A stretch of DNA of 64,000 nt from Phoronis australis. Taxonomy: Eukaryota; Animalia; Phoronida. Position numbers and translations under genes: made by a program. The stretch spans positions 639,520 through 703,519 of the forward strand of contig NMRA01000159.1 of the NCBI GenBank assembly GCA_002633005.1, written 5' to 3'. The notes beneath the pieces are model-generated. The model saw only the letters and a list, made by a program, of their open reading frames with translations, was not told the origin of the DNA and ran no database searches. Below are positions 27,661-39,861 of the stretch, piece by piece (the first letter of the stretch is position 1; every line of letters begins with the position of its first letter).

Positions 27661-29220
27661 TCAGCAATCATTGCTTACATGTAGCTGTACAACACCGTGT
27701 AAAAATGGCGGACTGTTATCGATTTTTAGCCTTGTCATGCAAGTGGCGTTGCAGCAACTACATGTATTTCGCTTCTGCAGTGATCTTTAATAGCCGCGTG
27801 CTTGAAGCACATACATTTACAATAAACACATTTAACCGGTGTGTTATTCATACTGTATGAATACAGGACAGTATCGTAAACAAAAGTCGTCGGCAGTAGA
27901 AAGATGCACTCTGAAAAGGCGCAACCACAATTTCTGGGATTCACATTTCCCGAACAAAAACTTTAAGCACCGATTTGTCTGACAACTGACCACATTTACA
28001 CTTCAGTCCATCACTCATGCCAGTTTGTTTGCGTAAAGCGCTGCCTGTTGAGAATTCGACTAGCCAATCAGAAACGCCAGTGTAAAAAAATTTTCCAAGG
28101 AAAATCAAGTGATACCTGCCCGCTGGCTACTGACCGCCTAGCGGCATGCAGGGAACCGGTCTGTTTGTAGTAGCCCTGATCATGAGGAATTGTTCTAAAT
28201 TCTCATGAGAGAAGAAAATCGAGCAACACCCAATTGCATGGACGAGGCTGACAACACCTTGGTTTTCTTGTTAGATAAAGTTGACTCATCTAAATTAAGG
28301 GTTCTTGTGCATCATGAGACCCGTTTTGAACTAGAAAGGACTATTGGAAACGTTACCCCGTCCAATAAAAAGGCTTCGTCTTACCAATCGACAATCAAAC
28401 AGTGGGCGGCTACTATATGATTAAAGACAAAATTACGCAATCTTTTTATAATTGCTTCTTTACATTTGAAAATCGATTTCCTGTGCTTTTCACTCATTAT
28501 TTCGTTTCATTAACTTTTCTAACCAAATGCAGTAAGTGTGCATGGGGTCGTTGCCTGAATATCAGATCAAGAAGTCATGATTGTATACTTTCAACACGTA
28601 TATTAAACATGTCACTAAACAAATACACAATTGTTTCACAATCAACGTTTAACATTCAGGTACAATGAACATTTCTTAAATAAATCTTTTATAAATTATA
28701 TGTAACTTATATTTAGTGAAAAGTTCATTGTGATAAATTGCATACTTTTCATGTGACGAAATAAAAACTTCGGTCAAAGCTGTGAATTCAAACAGCACTG
28801 ACATGACTTGAATGGTGTTTGCTGCTAATGGAATTTAGCAATTTGATATCCATGAATCGTAAACAATGTATCTTGATGACATTGGTCGAAAAAGACAAAT
28901 TTTGAAATAAAAGAAAAACAGTTTGTTGACTAAAATGTCACATTTTTGTTGATATTGTGTGAAATAAACACGTATTTAAAGTTTTTGTGGTTACCGTTTT
29001 CTATTCCGAGGGATGCATGTATTTGTAAGCGAATCACAATTTTGGTATCAATTTTTCGACTGAAATTTTTAATTTTGTTAGTGAACGAGCCGTATGAAAC
29101 TTATCACAATATTTTCAGCAACCTCTAAAGAAGAATAAGCAGATATCATTAGTTTGGAGATACAGCCCTTCAAATTTCAGAACTTTTTTGACACGACAAT
29201 CAAGGCTGGAATAACAGAAC

Positions 29221-29273
29221 CACGTCACACGTTAAGCACGTTACACGTTAAGCACGTTACACGTTAAGCACGT
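29221..29273. repeat. Short tandem repeat (CACGTTA/CACGTTAAG units)
   Basis: cacgtcacacgttaagcacgttacacgttaagcacgttacacgttaagcacgt. Confidence 0.9.
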
Positions 29274-32200
29274 CAAAAGCCAGCTGAGTTTGAAATGCCT
29301 TCATCCGTGTTGATCTTGAATGTGTCAGAGTCATCGGAAACTAATGGAAATGGCGAATATTCCGAGGGAGGGAAAACTTCACTTGTTGTGATGAAACGCA
29401 AGATGTATTTGAGGGATGTTTGGAATTTGTTTTCTGTAAGAAAGGTTTTAAATTCAATTACTTAAGGTTATGTAGGACCTTTTCGACTTGTTTTATTTAT
29501 GGAAATATCTACAAAACTATACATTTTAACTCAGTAGAAGTACACATTCTCTGAAAGTGGAGAGCCTGCAGAATTTGATTTTTGGACATTCTGATATTAA
29601 TCGAGTCTTTTTAGTGAAGGTTACAAAAAAGAAATTAATATTCATTACAAAACAACGTATCAATAACATTGACCAAAACTTCGTTTGACGTCAATGTTCA
29701 AGAGAATATGTAAAAACACGTTGTTACAGTTTTCTAAACTATTTCATTTCCGTTGTATGCAACTTTTGAGTCTTTTCATAGAAATCATAAGTCCTATTTT
29801 TATACATCCCCTCATGCAAATAATTTCCACCTAGGTTGAATTATTTCCACCTAGGTGAAAAAGGAAAAATAAAATAATAATTAAACTAAAATAGAGATGA
29901 TGCTTTCGGGCCACCGTAATACGGTGGAAAACATCATTTTTGATGGGGGCTGTAGGTCATGAGTGTGACTTTTGAGTTGACCTACTAATTTCAGATTGCT
30001 TCGGAAAGATCTGATGCGGTACAATTAACAGCACGCGTTTTCACGTGTATTGCTGTGAAAGGGCTATTGTTCCACACAATAGCAACGTTGTGTCAAGTTA
30101 CTGGCGCATTTCCAAAGTGCCTAAACAAGGTTCCTGAAATAGTCACTGCAACGTCACAGCCCTAACCCTGGCACGTTCCCTGAGGACCCGTGGTTCCGGA
30201 CCCACAGCTGAATTCTATCTATGATGAACTAAGCCCAAACTTCCTTCCCAGAAATCAAGAAGCAAACCAAACGAGCCCCAGAACGATGTCAATACCAGAG
30301 CTTGTAACTGGGTTACTATCATCATGAAAAGCTAGCTGCTACCAACACTTGAATCTCACAAGACACCCGTTCAGTGGCTACAGATATGGTCGAATTAATG
30401 ATGAGGAAGATGGAACGTTTACAGAGTCGTCAATCGGAGTCGTTCTCAAAGGGTCAAATGGTCTGAACTGGCATATCAGAAGAAACATGTGCTCTCTCTC
30501 ATATCGATTGTACCTCCAACTCCAACCCCGTTTCATCTACCCGGCAGTCATGTTGCCTTCAATGAAGAACCGGCGGTTTTCTTGAAGTCTCTTGGCCCGT
30601 GTTTCCACAGACGAAAATCAGTGTGATGTTTTTGTGCTTTTAGTTTTAGTCTCGCATATACGATACTTAGACGAGAGTTGTAAGAAAACGTTATTGTAAC
30701 GCAAGGCGCCATGCTGGAATAGGTTTAGTGTTTATCATGAGCTGAGTTTTTATGCCACGTACTACAGTCAGCATTACGAACATTATACTGAGTAGAATTT
30801 TCCGGAGTGGCACAAACGTCGAGACCATCGGCATCACAGGATCAAAGTTTAAGACTATGGGTTCACGCAAAGCAAACCACGACGAATTAGCGAAGGACCT
30901 GATCTAAAAAAGCGTATCATAAATCCTACAGCTCTCCCTATTTGGGTTGCATTTTTTATAGGTGCGTTTTTGATCTGGATGAAGCACCATCTTGGGGTGC
31001 GTTGGAAGTAAAGTGTAGTATGAAGAAGCAGTTTGGTTGAATTGGCTAACCTGCGACATTTTATGGAGATGATGGCTGCACAATGAAGCAAACGCATGTA
31101 CTATTACGATGACGCAAAGGGTCAGCTACTGTAGGCACATCTGGAGCTGCTTGGTTTTGACGTTTATGTCAACCATGTGTCTAATTGAATTCCACTGCGA
31201 AGGAATATACTTTGACATAAGTGCTTTACTGCTACAACTTAAAGTGGACATTTTTATCACAACGTCTATTTTTAAAGGAGTTGTTGGTAATAAAAGCTTT
31301 TTTAAAGGTATTAAAATAGCGTTCACTTGATGAGTTGTGGGATACAAAGGTCATTTAAACTTTTTATGTAAAACAGTTTTGCATGTACATTCTTGTCTGT
31401 GCACTGTATTAGAAGTTCCACGGCTTACAATTGAAGGTGCTGTACTGTAAGGCATTCTTGGATTAAACATGTCTAAGTTCACTTTGCGGTTTTGACCTAT
31501 ACCATTGCAAAACTTTTGTATAACCGCTATTTGACAAGATAATTTATAATAGCATAGGTATTAATAATATACTTTATAATAGTAAAGTTTATAATAGTCT
31601 AGTTACATGTTTATGTCATCCTCCACACTAATGACACAATCATTTCAAAATGCACTGTATTTACAAAAATAATGAGACTAACTAGTAAAGTTTATTGAAA
31701 ACCAAATGAAGCAATACATACAGAGTAATTAGCTGAAGGGAAAAACATCCTCGCGTGACCCATGCAATTTTTGTGGAACCTAAACGTGTATACTTCATAA
31801 GTGGTTGTTTCATGTCTGTATTCGATAGTTGGCGCTTTTGTTAAAAAGCATGATTATTTAAAAGACTTTAAAGAAAAAATGGAAGCACACGAGTTTTCAG
31901 GATTTGGCAGCGGCTCCGTGTAACATGTCTCCACGCAAATTTGGCTTGATTTGGTAACTACAACACTCCGCCAAAACTCAATAGAGTGGACAACACGGGT
32001 CGCTCTAAGAATAGAATACAATGGTCACGTGCGGGATAGAGTTGGCATTCCAATGCTGGAGTTCTGTGGTCAAACGAAAACCATTTCTGAATCAAAAATG
32101 CTGAGCTCGCATTTTTTATTTCAAATTCAAAATTCCGACTACTTACTATAGCGCTTAAGATGTATACCGGGTCTAATTTTGATTACTCATGAAAATTGAC

Positions 32201-33335
32201 ATGTACATCAGCTTGCGTGGTTTTATCTCCGTGAATAATTTCGTCCTAACCAACTAAACCCGCACTTCGGTTTGTTCATTATGGCATTATGGTAGCCATC
32301 TTGTAATTTACTATCGATGGTTGTTATTGTGCAGCATTTAAAAACTGATCCAAATTGCATACGTGAAGATAGTGATAATATCATTTTGTTTGAGATGAAC
32401 AACTAAAGCAAAAGTACCGCACTTACAGTGAGACTCTGGGGGCCGTTCGCAAGATGGCCTGCCATGTTCAACTTCCTTCATTGAAAAATCTTTAATGAAA
32501 TTATTGTGGAACACTATGTGCGATTTCAAGTAGAAAATTATGATTTTGTAAGTCTAAAATAAAGAATACGATGTCAAAATTAGTGAGTCGGTACTTTCAA
32601 TAATCTAAGATGGCAGCCAGTCACAACTATAGTGATACTGATGGGCACCTGGCCGAATTTGGATAAGGGCGTCAAAATTGTACACCAAATTTTCTTGCTT
32701 TTATCAAAGGGTGAACAATTTTGGTCCTTGTCCGCTCCACTGAAGCGCAAAAATGTTCACAGCCGACGATTTGATTTAAGTTCACTCATTACAAAAACAC
32801 AGTAAAAAGCCATGTCATTTCTCTGCCCTTCCTGGTTATGATCGAAATGTCGTCTGTTAACATTTTTGCATCTGTCTTTATTTTTGTTAGATTTTACACT
32901 CGATGCAGTTGAGTTTTAATGTGAAAACTTTATATTTAAGATCTTTTTAAAGCTGGAAGGAAACTTCAAAAATGGTGAAGGCTTGTCTTCAAAAAAGAAA
33001 ACGAAAGTAAGTTAAGTGACTTGCTCACAGAAGTCGCACAAGGATAACAGGATGACCTATTCTTTGCCAAACTTCAGCGAGAAGCTTACTTCAAGAAACG
33101 AAATGAAACAAGGATTATTAAATTGTATTTCGCTAATGCCTTGTTATAACTTATATTTCTCCTGTCCCATGCATCGTTCCTCGATCCCAAAAAATGGCAA
33201 TTCAAATCAACTGTAGGTGGCGACTTCAAAGCTGTATTTTGCAAAGAAACAAAAACTGAAGAATAACCTTAACGGTAAAATATGTTTAGGGCACCGTTTT
33301 ATGACAGATTTGTGCGTCATCGTTAGACTCGTTTA

Positions 33336-35150
33336 AGGAGAATACCACCCAAAAACAACCTATTTTGTATCAATTTAGATCGAGTAGTTCTACTCGATAA
33401 CGGCAGGTTCGGTTACGTTACCTGACACCTGACGGCAGACAGAGGTGTTGAAATTGTCAAATGACGCCATTGGTTTCACACGGAGTCTGTTCAGCAGTTC
33501 ACAACACGCTTACTGGTGTCAGCTTGTCGCTTGAATTCATCGTTTAACACCAATAAATCACCAAACTTCGATGTAAAACCCCTAAAATACATCGAGTTAT
33601 TATAAAAAACGTGTTGTTTTATTTCGCTGTTGCGATTTATTAGTATTTGGGCACACCATAGCCTACAAAGTTCGGCAGGCCAATTTACCAAGGTCCGTAG
33701 CAGGAGTTTGGGGTCTGTTTAGAGATGAATTCTTCCGTGAAATACAGACAAGAGAACCTAGATCTGTGTTGTTTAGTCTTGTGATTTTTTGACTTCTAAA
33801 CACACAGAACTCTTGTTATCCCGGCCAGTGGCTCGGAACCCGATCAGGCCCGTCGCGGCCGCCGGGACTGGTACGAACATAAACCAGCTTGAGTTGGAAA
33901 CCAAACCTCCAGTCACGAAATGACTATAATAGTCAGTGATGTAGTGGTAAATGTAGAGGTAAGTAGGCGCCGAAAGCCCACCGCACCACCTTGAGCACTG
34001 AACGTAACTTACGGTGCGTAGGCGCTACGTTCAAATGCCAAAAGGTGGTTGGCTGCGCCTACGTGCGCCTACGTGCGCCTACGCCCCACAACATCACTGA
34101 TTATAGTGATCCAAAGAAATAATGTGCACGTAATTATTTACGTGAATTAGCCACGAAACTGAAAAGCTACTTACTTGTCGGGGGCCTCGATGTCGGGTTC
34201 CCCTTCCACAGACCGTCAGGGCAAAGATTTTACATTAACAATGATTTGAATAATGTATTTGTATTTCTGAATAAAGATTCCCGTAACATGTGACCATAGC
34301 ATATGAAATCGAGTTCTTGTTTCACAACAGCTATCTGTCAACAAACTCTGAATTAGCATGCGCTCACACGGCCGCGGTGCCCGGTCAATTACATTTATGC
34401 ATTGCTGGCATCAAAAGCCGGTATCGCAGTGGTTTATTTATTGCTGGCTTCTCAACATTTGCACTCACGAATACTGAAAAGACATTACGAAGTGTATCTA
34501 ATGAGACAGACTTTGTTTCAGTTTTGTATAAGCATTGGTGAAGATGAGAAAAATTCATTTTGAAACAGAACGCAGAATACATGGCAACTCGCCCGGCGCC
34601 AATCCCGACTTAGTCAAGAGCTCATCCGACGAAGACTTCACGGGTCGGATCGTTAGGTTTCACAGGCTATCAGTTCGAACCGGAATACACTGATCAAGAA
34701 ATACTAGCGAGGCGCCGTAAACGTGCATAGGCAACTGAACGTATGGATAGTTCTTTGTTAAGCCGGAATTCGTCAGAGAAATCACCGTCGACGAAATGCC
34801 GGCCACAGACACGGAGATGTTTCACGGCCTCATACTTGCTATAACAGCGTATCTTTCATTCTTCACTACCATGAGCCACTTCCTAAGCATTTCGGGCTCT
34901 CGAGGTAGTCGAAAAAACGATATACCCGCTTTCTTCGCAGCTTAGTAGTTCGGACAAACGGGAACGATGCACCGCAATATAGCGCATTAACTCTGCAGAC
35001 GAACCACTGACGTCGCTGCGGCGTTTCTAACCTTTCCCACAGGTTAACGTGACACCTCTCGGCAAGGTGAGGTCGACCGTATAAGATGCAATGTGGGTAT
35101 AGACCGATTAAGACGGTAAAAAGACTAATTAAATCGGGTGGCATGCTCCT
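33336..35150. mobile_element. Kolobok-like non-autonomous element, copy 2 (inverted, longer)
   Basis: TTTA|AGGAGAATACCACCC ... GGGTGGCATGCTCCT|TTAA. Reverse-complement homology to 14347-15740, plus two extra segments (33934-34099 and ~34512-34818). Confidence 0.85.
33934..34099. mobile_element. 166-bp hAT-type MITE with 8-bp TSD
   Basis: TIR CAGTGATGT(A/T)GTGG (13/14), TSD ATAATAGT/ATTATAGT, and GTAGGCGC/GCGCCTAC subterminal repeats. The empty site is visible in copy 1 at ~15085-15095. Confidence 0.85.
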
Positions 35151-35297
35151 TTAATTGGTGATTCAAATCAGCGGTAGATGGAGCTTCTATTGCATTTTGC
35201 GAAAAAGTCTTCTTAATGAAAGGATACAAAACCCCGGTCTTGGTCCATTAAGAGACATTAAAAACGATATTCCCTTTCAATTTTCTGAAGCAAAGCA

Positions 35298-35326
35298 ATG
35301 CTCATAATCCTCAGCAACCCTCAAAG
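35298..35326 (+). CDS. Candidate first coding exon of gene copy 1 (MLIILSNPQR)
   Basis: ATG...CCTCAAAG|GTATGG is a phase-2 donor that fits the acceptor at 36410. It is not clearly conserved upstream of copy 2, so it is speculative. Confidence 0.2.
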
Positions 35327-36409
35327 GTATGGAGGAAAATTTAAAAACTCCTTTCAAACTCGGCTAAACGGGCAAGCGTAACCAGCGCTTTTACTGAATT
35401 ACACGGCAGATGTGGGAAAATAATCACTAAGGACAATGATGTCCAAACTGTGACATAAGGAATATGAGTTTTTAGTTTATTCATGCCTTTAAATTGGAAG
35501 ACTGGCGCCAATAGTGACAAAACGAGGATTGGTTGATCATCAAATCTGTGTTTAGCTTCCTTTAATCGACACTCTTTTCTCTTTTACGTATTTTTTCTTA
35601 AGAGTGGTGCATTTTTCATAAATCTGTTTTTATCCAGTTGCTTCTAAATCAATTCAGATCGTGATCTCCATTTTACAAGCCCAGGGATGACGCTAGGGCA
35701 TGAAAAGCAAATGTGATTATGCCGCACATTTGGTAGTATGGGGTAAATACCCAGTTACATGACTGTATGAAGCACTAGTAAGCAGGAAGAGATTCCATGA
35801 CAGTCATCGAACATCACAGCAATATAAGTGTGCATTATTTCTGTACGGGACCCAGGGGCGGATCCAGGATTTTGAATCACGGGGGCAGGGCAGAGTATTA
35901 GCCAGGATTTTGCTCGTCAGACATTGTGCACCACTAAACTGCCAAATGGAATCTGGGAGAATTTTAGTGTGGGGATAAGGCCCCCTTGACCCCCGTCTGC
36001 GGGATTTGTGTTCAAATAAAGCGCTTTCAGATTAGGTAATAACTATAACTTATCGGATGAAGATGATTATGTAATTATTTTCTTTTATTAGGTTAGCATG
36101 TGGCTTAGCAGACTACAAAATGGCAGCCACGCCGTCGCAGCCTTTACAAAACAGCGCAGCATTAATCCAAAATTCTCATCGATTGTCTCTGTAACAACAT
36201 TTAACGGACAACGCAGCCTGTTGATAATTTGAATGGGTGTCCAGAATGAGTGCAACTGGTCCTACTCTGCTAAGTTTCACGAACATAGAATCTTGCGGAA
36301 ATTTAGGGAACTTCGTTTAACACATAGTAAATTTTCCAAATCGTACAAAAATTAAACTTGAATGACGTTGAATTGTAATAATTTACGGTTTTCCTATTTT
36401 GTTTTACAG

Positions 36410-36673
36410 AATTGTGTTCACGTGTCTAATAGTATGCTGCGTGTCATGCTATTACTTGTACCAGCAGGAGCTGTTATTACCCAGGCTATTTCTCAATGAT
36501 GTAGAAGGAAAGAAAACGAACACGTCCTTTCTGTATTACATTCAGACAGCGTCCTGTTTGTCGAAGTACCATCTGCAGCCAGACCTTCTTGGAAATGCCT
36601 CTTTTTGTGACTGTGATGTTTTGGTACTCAGCTACAAGACAGAGTGCATACAAAATAATTTCCCACATGTTAG
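36410..36673 (+). CDS. Coding exon of an uncharacterised type II membrane protein (gene copy 1)
   Basis: Acceptor TTTTGTTTTACAG| and donor AG|GTGAGT. Encodes hydrophobic IVFTCLIVCCVSCYYLY, then FLYYIQTASCL...CDCDVLVLSYKTEC...PHVR. Frame and both splice sites are conserved in the paralog at 53523. Confidence 0.85.
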
Positions 36674-39600
36674 GTGAGTTGGGCAAATGGTCACTAAGGT
36701 ATTCGAAAGTTTCCGTAAGGCACTGTTGCAACGAACGCCCTATCGTCAACGCATTTTTTGTCGTTGCTCACGTTATCGAACTCAAAACATGCATCATGTG
36801 AATCTTGGGACAACCGTATGCCGCGCTTTCCAGTTTCTGTTCTTCGCCGTGCAATCAATTTATTCAGTGGACGAAATTAAAGTCGCCGCAGACTGAGCAA
36901 GTCAATATTGAATGATTTTCCCGCCATGGGTGTTTACTTGATCAGTGGCACCGTCTGGTGCTCTAGGGTAGGGATGGTTAAATCCGACCCTACTTTTCTA
37001 GGCGACAATCTCAAGTTTGCCTCAAGCTTTGGTCGGGTTTAAACCTAAGTGGTTTCTCTAAGAAAATCTTCGTAATGCATTTTTTACTCCAAAGCCAGCC
37101 CAGAGGAAGTAATAGGGCTTTGTCTGTCTTTTTGGACTTCAAGCCAAATAAAAAATGGAAATCACTGCAATGTAAGCAGTTTTGTATGAATTTCGCAGAT
37201 AAAGAAACGCCGTCGCATTTCAAAAATCAACAGCGAATTATTCATTCTATCCAGAATTGAACAAGGGTTATTACCCGTAAAATCACAAACAGCCCATTTA
37301 AAGAAAACATTAAGAATACTGGGCTCAATGCTTACAAAAACGTGAAAGGAACAAAGCAAGTAGAACCAGAGAAGAACGCCTCGGCACCACACTTAATTTA
37401 AGCATGCTATAGCGGAGAACAACCACACTCGGGCTTCGAAGCATTCTCAATATAGCCCCAGAGTATAACCTTTTTACTCGAAACCGAACACGAGAGTGTT
37501 TTTAATATTTTCCTTTCTACTTTTGTACGAATACAAGAGGACTGTCTATTATTCGATGCTTGAATATATTATGATTTACGTGGTCGCCTGCGCACCTCAA
37601 AATTTTCACTTCGTAACCTCAGCATTAAACACCTCACGCCAAGGTCATAAATGCTTGAATTCGGTTACCAACAATTTATTCATGGTATTTTAAATGTTTT
37701 TCTTCAAGTTGTGCACTTGTAATCAAGATATAAACGCAAAAATTAAAATATTGAATGTTTAGTGTGACGTCATCAGTGGCGCTCCGGTCTCTGCCATTGT
37801 TTTGTTCTACACGAGTTGTAAGCCGGCCGGGAGTGGTATCGAATAGAGTTGAATATTGCGTGAAACACGTGTAATGAAAAGGTGCACGTGCGGAGTATGC
37901 ATATGAATAGCAATCATACAGCCAATAATAATTTCAGTTGATGTATTTCCAAAAGACGTTATAAGATCTTCCAGAAAATACATAGATTCGTGCATCGGAA
38001 ACGGGTATGACAGCACACAGTTCAGGGATTATGTTGTGTTTCCGTCTATTTTGGAGAATTGTGCTTCGACCCGTTGCTGAAACGTAGATTTTATGAAGGT
38101 TTCTCCAGCGCGTAAGTGCATTTGATCAGAGATTATAGACAACAGATTCGCAACTCTGACATTTTCTTCCGTGCTAGCATAGAGGCGCCGCCACTCTCCT
38201 AAATTTTCTGGTGCAGTTTCCGGTTAGTGTATTTTGACGAGAAATATTTGCATCTACTTTACTGTCCAGTACAAAAAATATTAATTTCGGCATTGGAACG
38301 CTTTTCAAAGTCTTCCAATAGTAGAAGTGTTGGTATCGTGAGTACTTTTGGCAATGCTACTGGTAATTAATTACAAAATTCAAACTTAGGTGCCGACTGA
38401 TTATGACGTCTACTTGCCCAATAGCATAGAGCATAGTTATTCATTACCAGCAATACATGTACGTAAACTAGGTCATCCGCCAGGTTCTCTGCATAAACTA
38501 GGTCATCGCTTATGGACCAGTTAGCGCTTCACACTCCGCGTGTCTGCTTGTAAGAGAAGCACCAGGAAGGTTGTTCTACATTGTGTAGCCCAAAATTCCC
38601 AAAGTTCAAATATATTCCGTTAAAAAGGAAAGACAAAACATATTATTACAGATGTCTGGCCAATACCAACAGTCACCACTCGTAAGCAAGTCAAAGCTGT
38701 CCTTTTTACTCGTTGCCTTATCTCGCACTACCTTAATCGACTAGTTTTTCGCAATGCAACAATACAATTCTCATAAATTCAACTTGTAATGACTCCTTTC
38801 AATTTTAAACCATGCCCGAAGTACTCGGACACAAATTATTATTAAGTACAAAAACATTTTTTTCTCTGAAGTGGATCGTAAACAGCTCGGGTGACTTTTC
38901 CTGACATGGCTACCGGATTTCAGTGCCTAATTTTAGCTCCCATTAGGTCGGTCAAGGGCCAATCTCTGCTGTACGCACTACTGAGAGCATTGGAATCAAA
39001 CTGTTATATATATAAATCAAACGTTTATTAGTATACTGGTGTGAATATTATCAGTGATTTAACCAACAACTTCGAATTAACTAGACCCACTGATGATAGC
39101 CTATGACAACATATACTGATATCAAAAGGCCAAAATTGGCAATTTTCGGCCACCCCATGTTAAATACAAAATTTCGTCTAATTTTCTTCAAACTCCTACA
39201 TTTCAATCTTGATTATACTGACATCTGTTGGGTCTATCGGCAACTAACCGCACATGAAGGGCTTGGTCGAAAATTATCGTTTTCTCACATGCACTTTCCG
39301 GTTTTCAGCGGCGATTCCACTGATCGAAGCGACAAAATAAGCCGAAACTTTGGCCATACCCTGTTAAACATTTTTTTTCCAATTTTGCTGAAACTTGACC
39401 ACGTTTTTAATAAAATACTTATCTATGTTATGTGCTGTCGGCAAATGTGATTGGTTCATAAATAAGACCCCCGCGCTGTGTTTTCTGCGAATCCCATGTA
39501 TCCTGGAGGGGACTGACTGAGTGATTTTCGCGCATGCGCAGCTCACGGTTTCAATATTGCTGGTAATGTGGACAGTTTGTGATTTATATGGTTCACATTG

Positions 39601-39778
39601 ACCTACGAATGCATGTTTGTGCACAAATTCCAAGGAGTACCTGTGAATGCAAAAGATACTTATATAACGTTTTTGGTTTAGAAAAATATTAATTTTGTTC
39701 GAATTAAAAAATGCGCCTCTGCAACGATTTGACTAGTTAAACCTCTCAAGTGAGCAGTTCTTCAGGGAAGTGTTGAGT

Positions 39779-39794
39779 GGCCCTTAAAAGGGCC
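39779..39794 (-). terminator. Histone-mRNA-type 3' stem-loop (distal)
   Basis: Minus strand reads CCAAC-GGCCCT-TTTA-AGGGCC-ACTCAA: a 6-bp stem, 4-nt loop and flanks matching the metazoan histone 3' UTR consensus. GAAGAA lies ~16 nt downstream. Confidence 0.75.
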
Positions 39795-39835
39795 GTTGGT
39801 TGTAGTGTGCATGAGACTTAGGTATAGCTTGAAAT

Positions 39836-39851
39836 GGTTCTTAAAAGAACC
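39836..39851 (-). terminator. Histone-mRNA-type 3' stem-loop (proximal)
   Basis: Minus strand reads TCAAC-GGTTCT-TTTA-AGAACC-A, starting 10 nt after a TGA stop. Confidence 0.7.
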
Positions 39852-39861
39852 GTTGAATAAT

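Larger units (their letters stand above)
21439..29918 (+). mobile_element. IS3EU-type DNA transposon (decayed, with nested insertions)
   Basis: ~95-bp imperfect TIRs TACGGTG(A/G)CCCGAAAG...CCACCTAGGTGGAAATAATTCAACCTAGGTGGAAA at 21439 and, inverted, ending at 29918. TAC...GTA termini and a DDE transposase remnant inside. No TSD is recognisable. Confidence 0.8.

Noticed and set aside
36399-36409. 'MFYR' starts of ORFs 36399 and 53512
   Set aside because: The starts are TTG inside the polypyrimidine tract/acceptor (TTGTTTTACAG), not real initiation codons.
37100-37800. Crypton-like repeat (CACTCGGGCTTCGAAGC, also at ~63195)
   Set aside because: Only a ~25-bp shared motif. Boundaries and any recombinase remnant could not be established.
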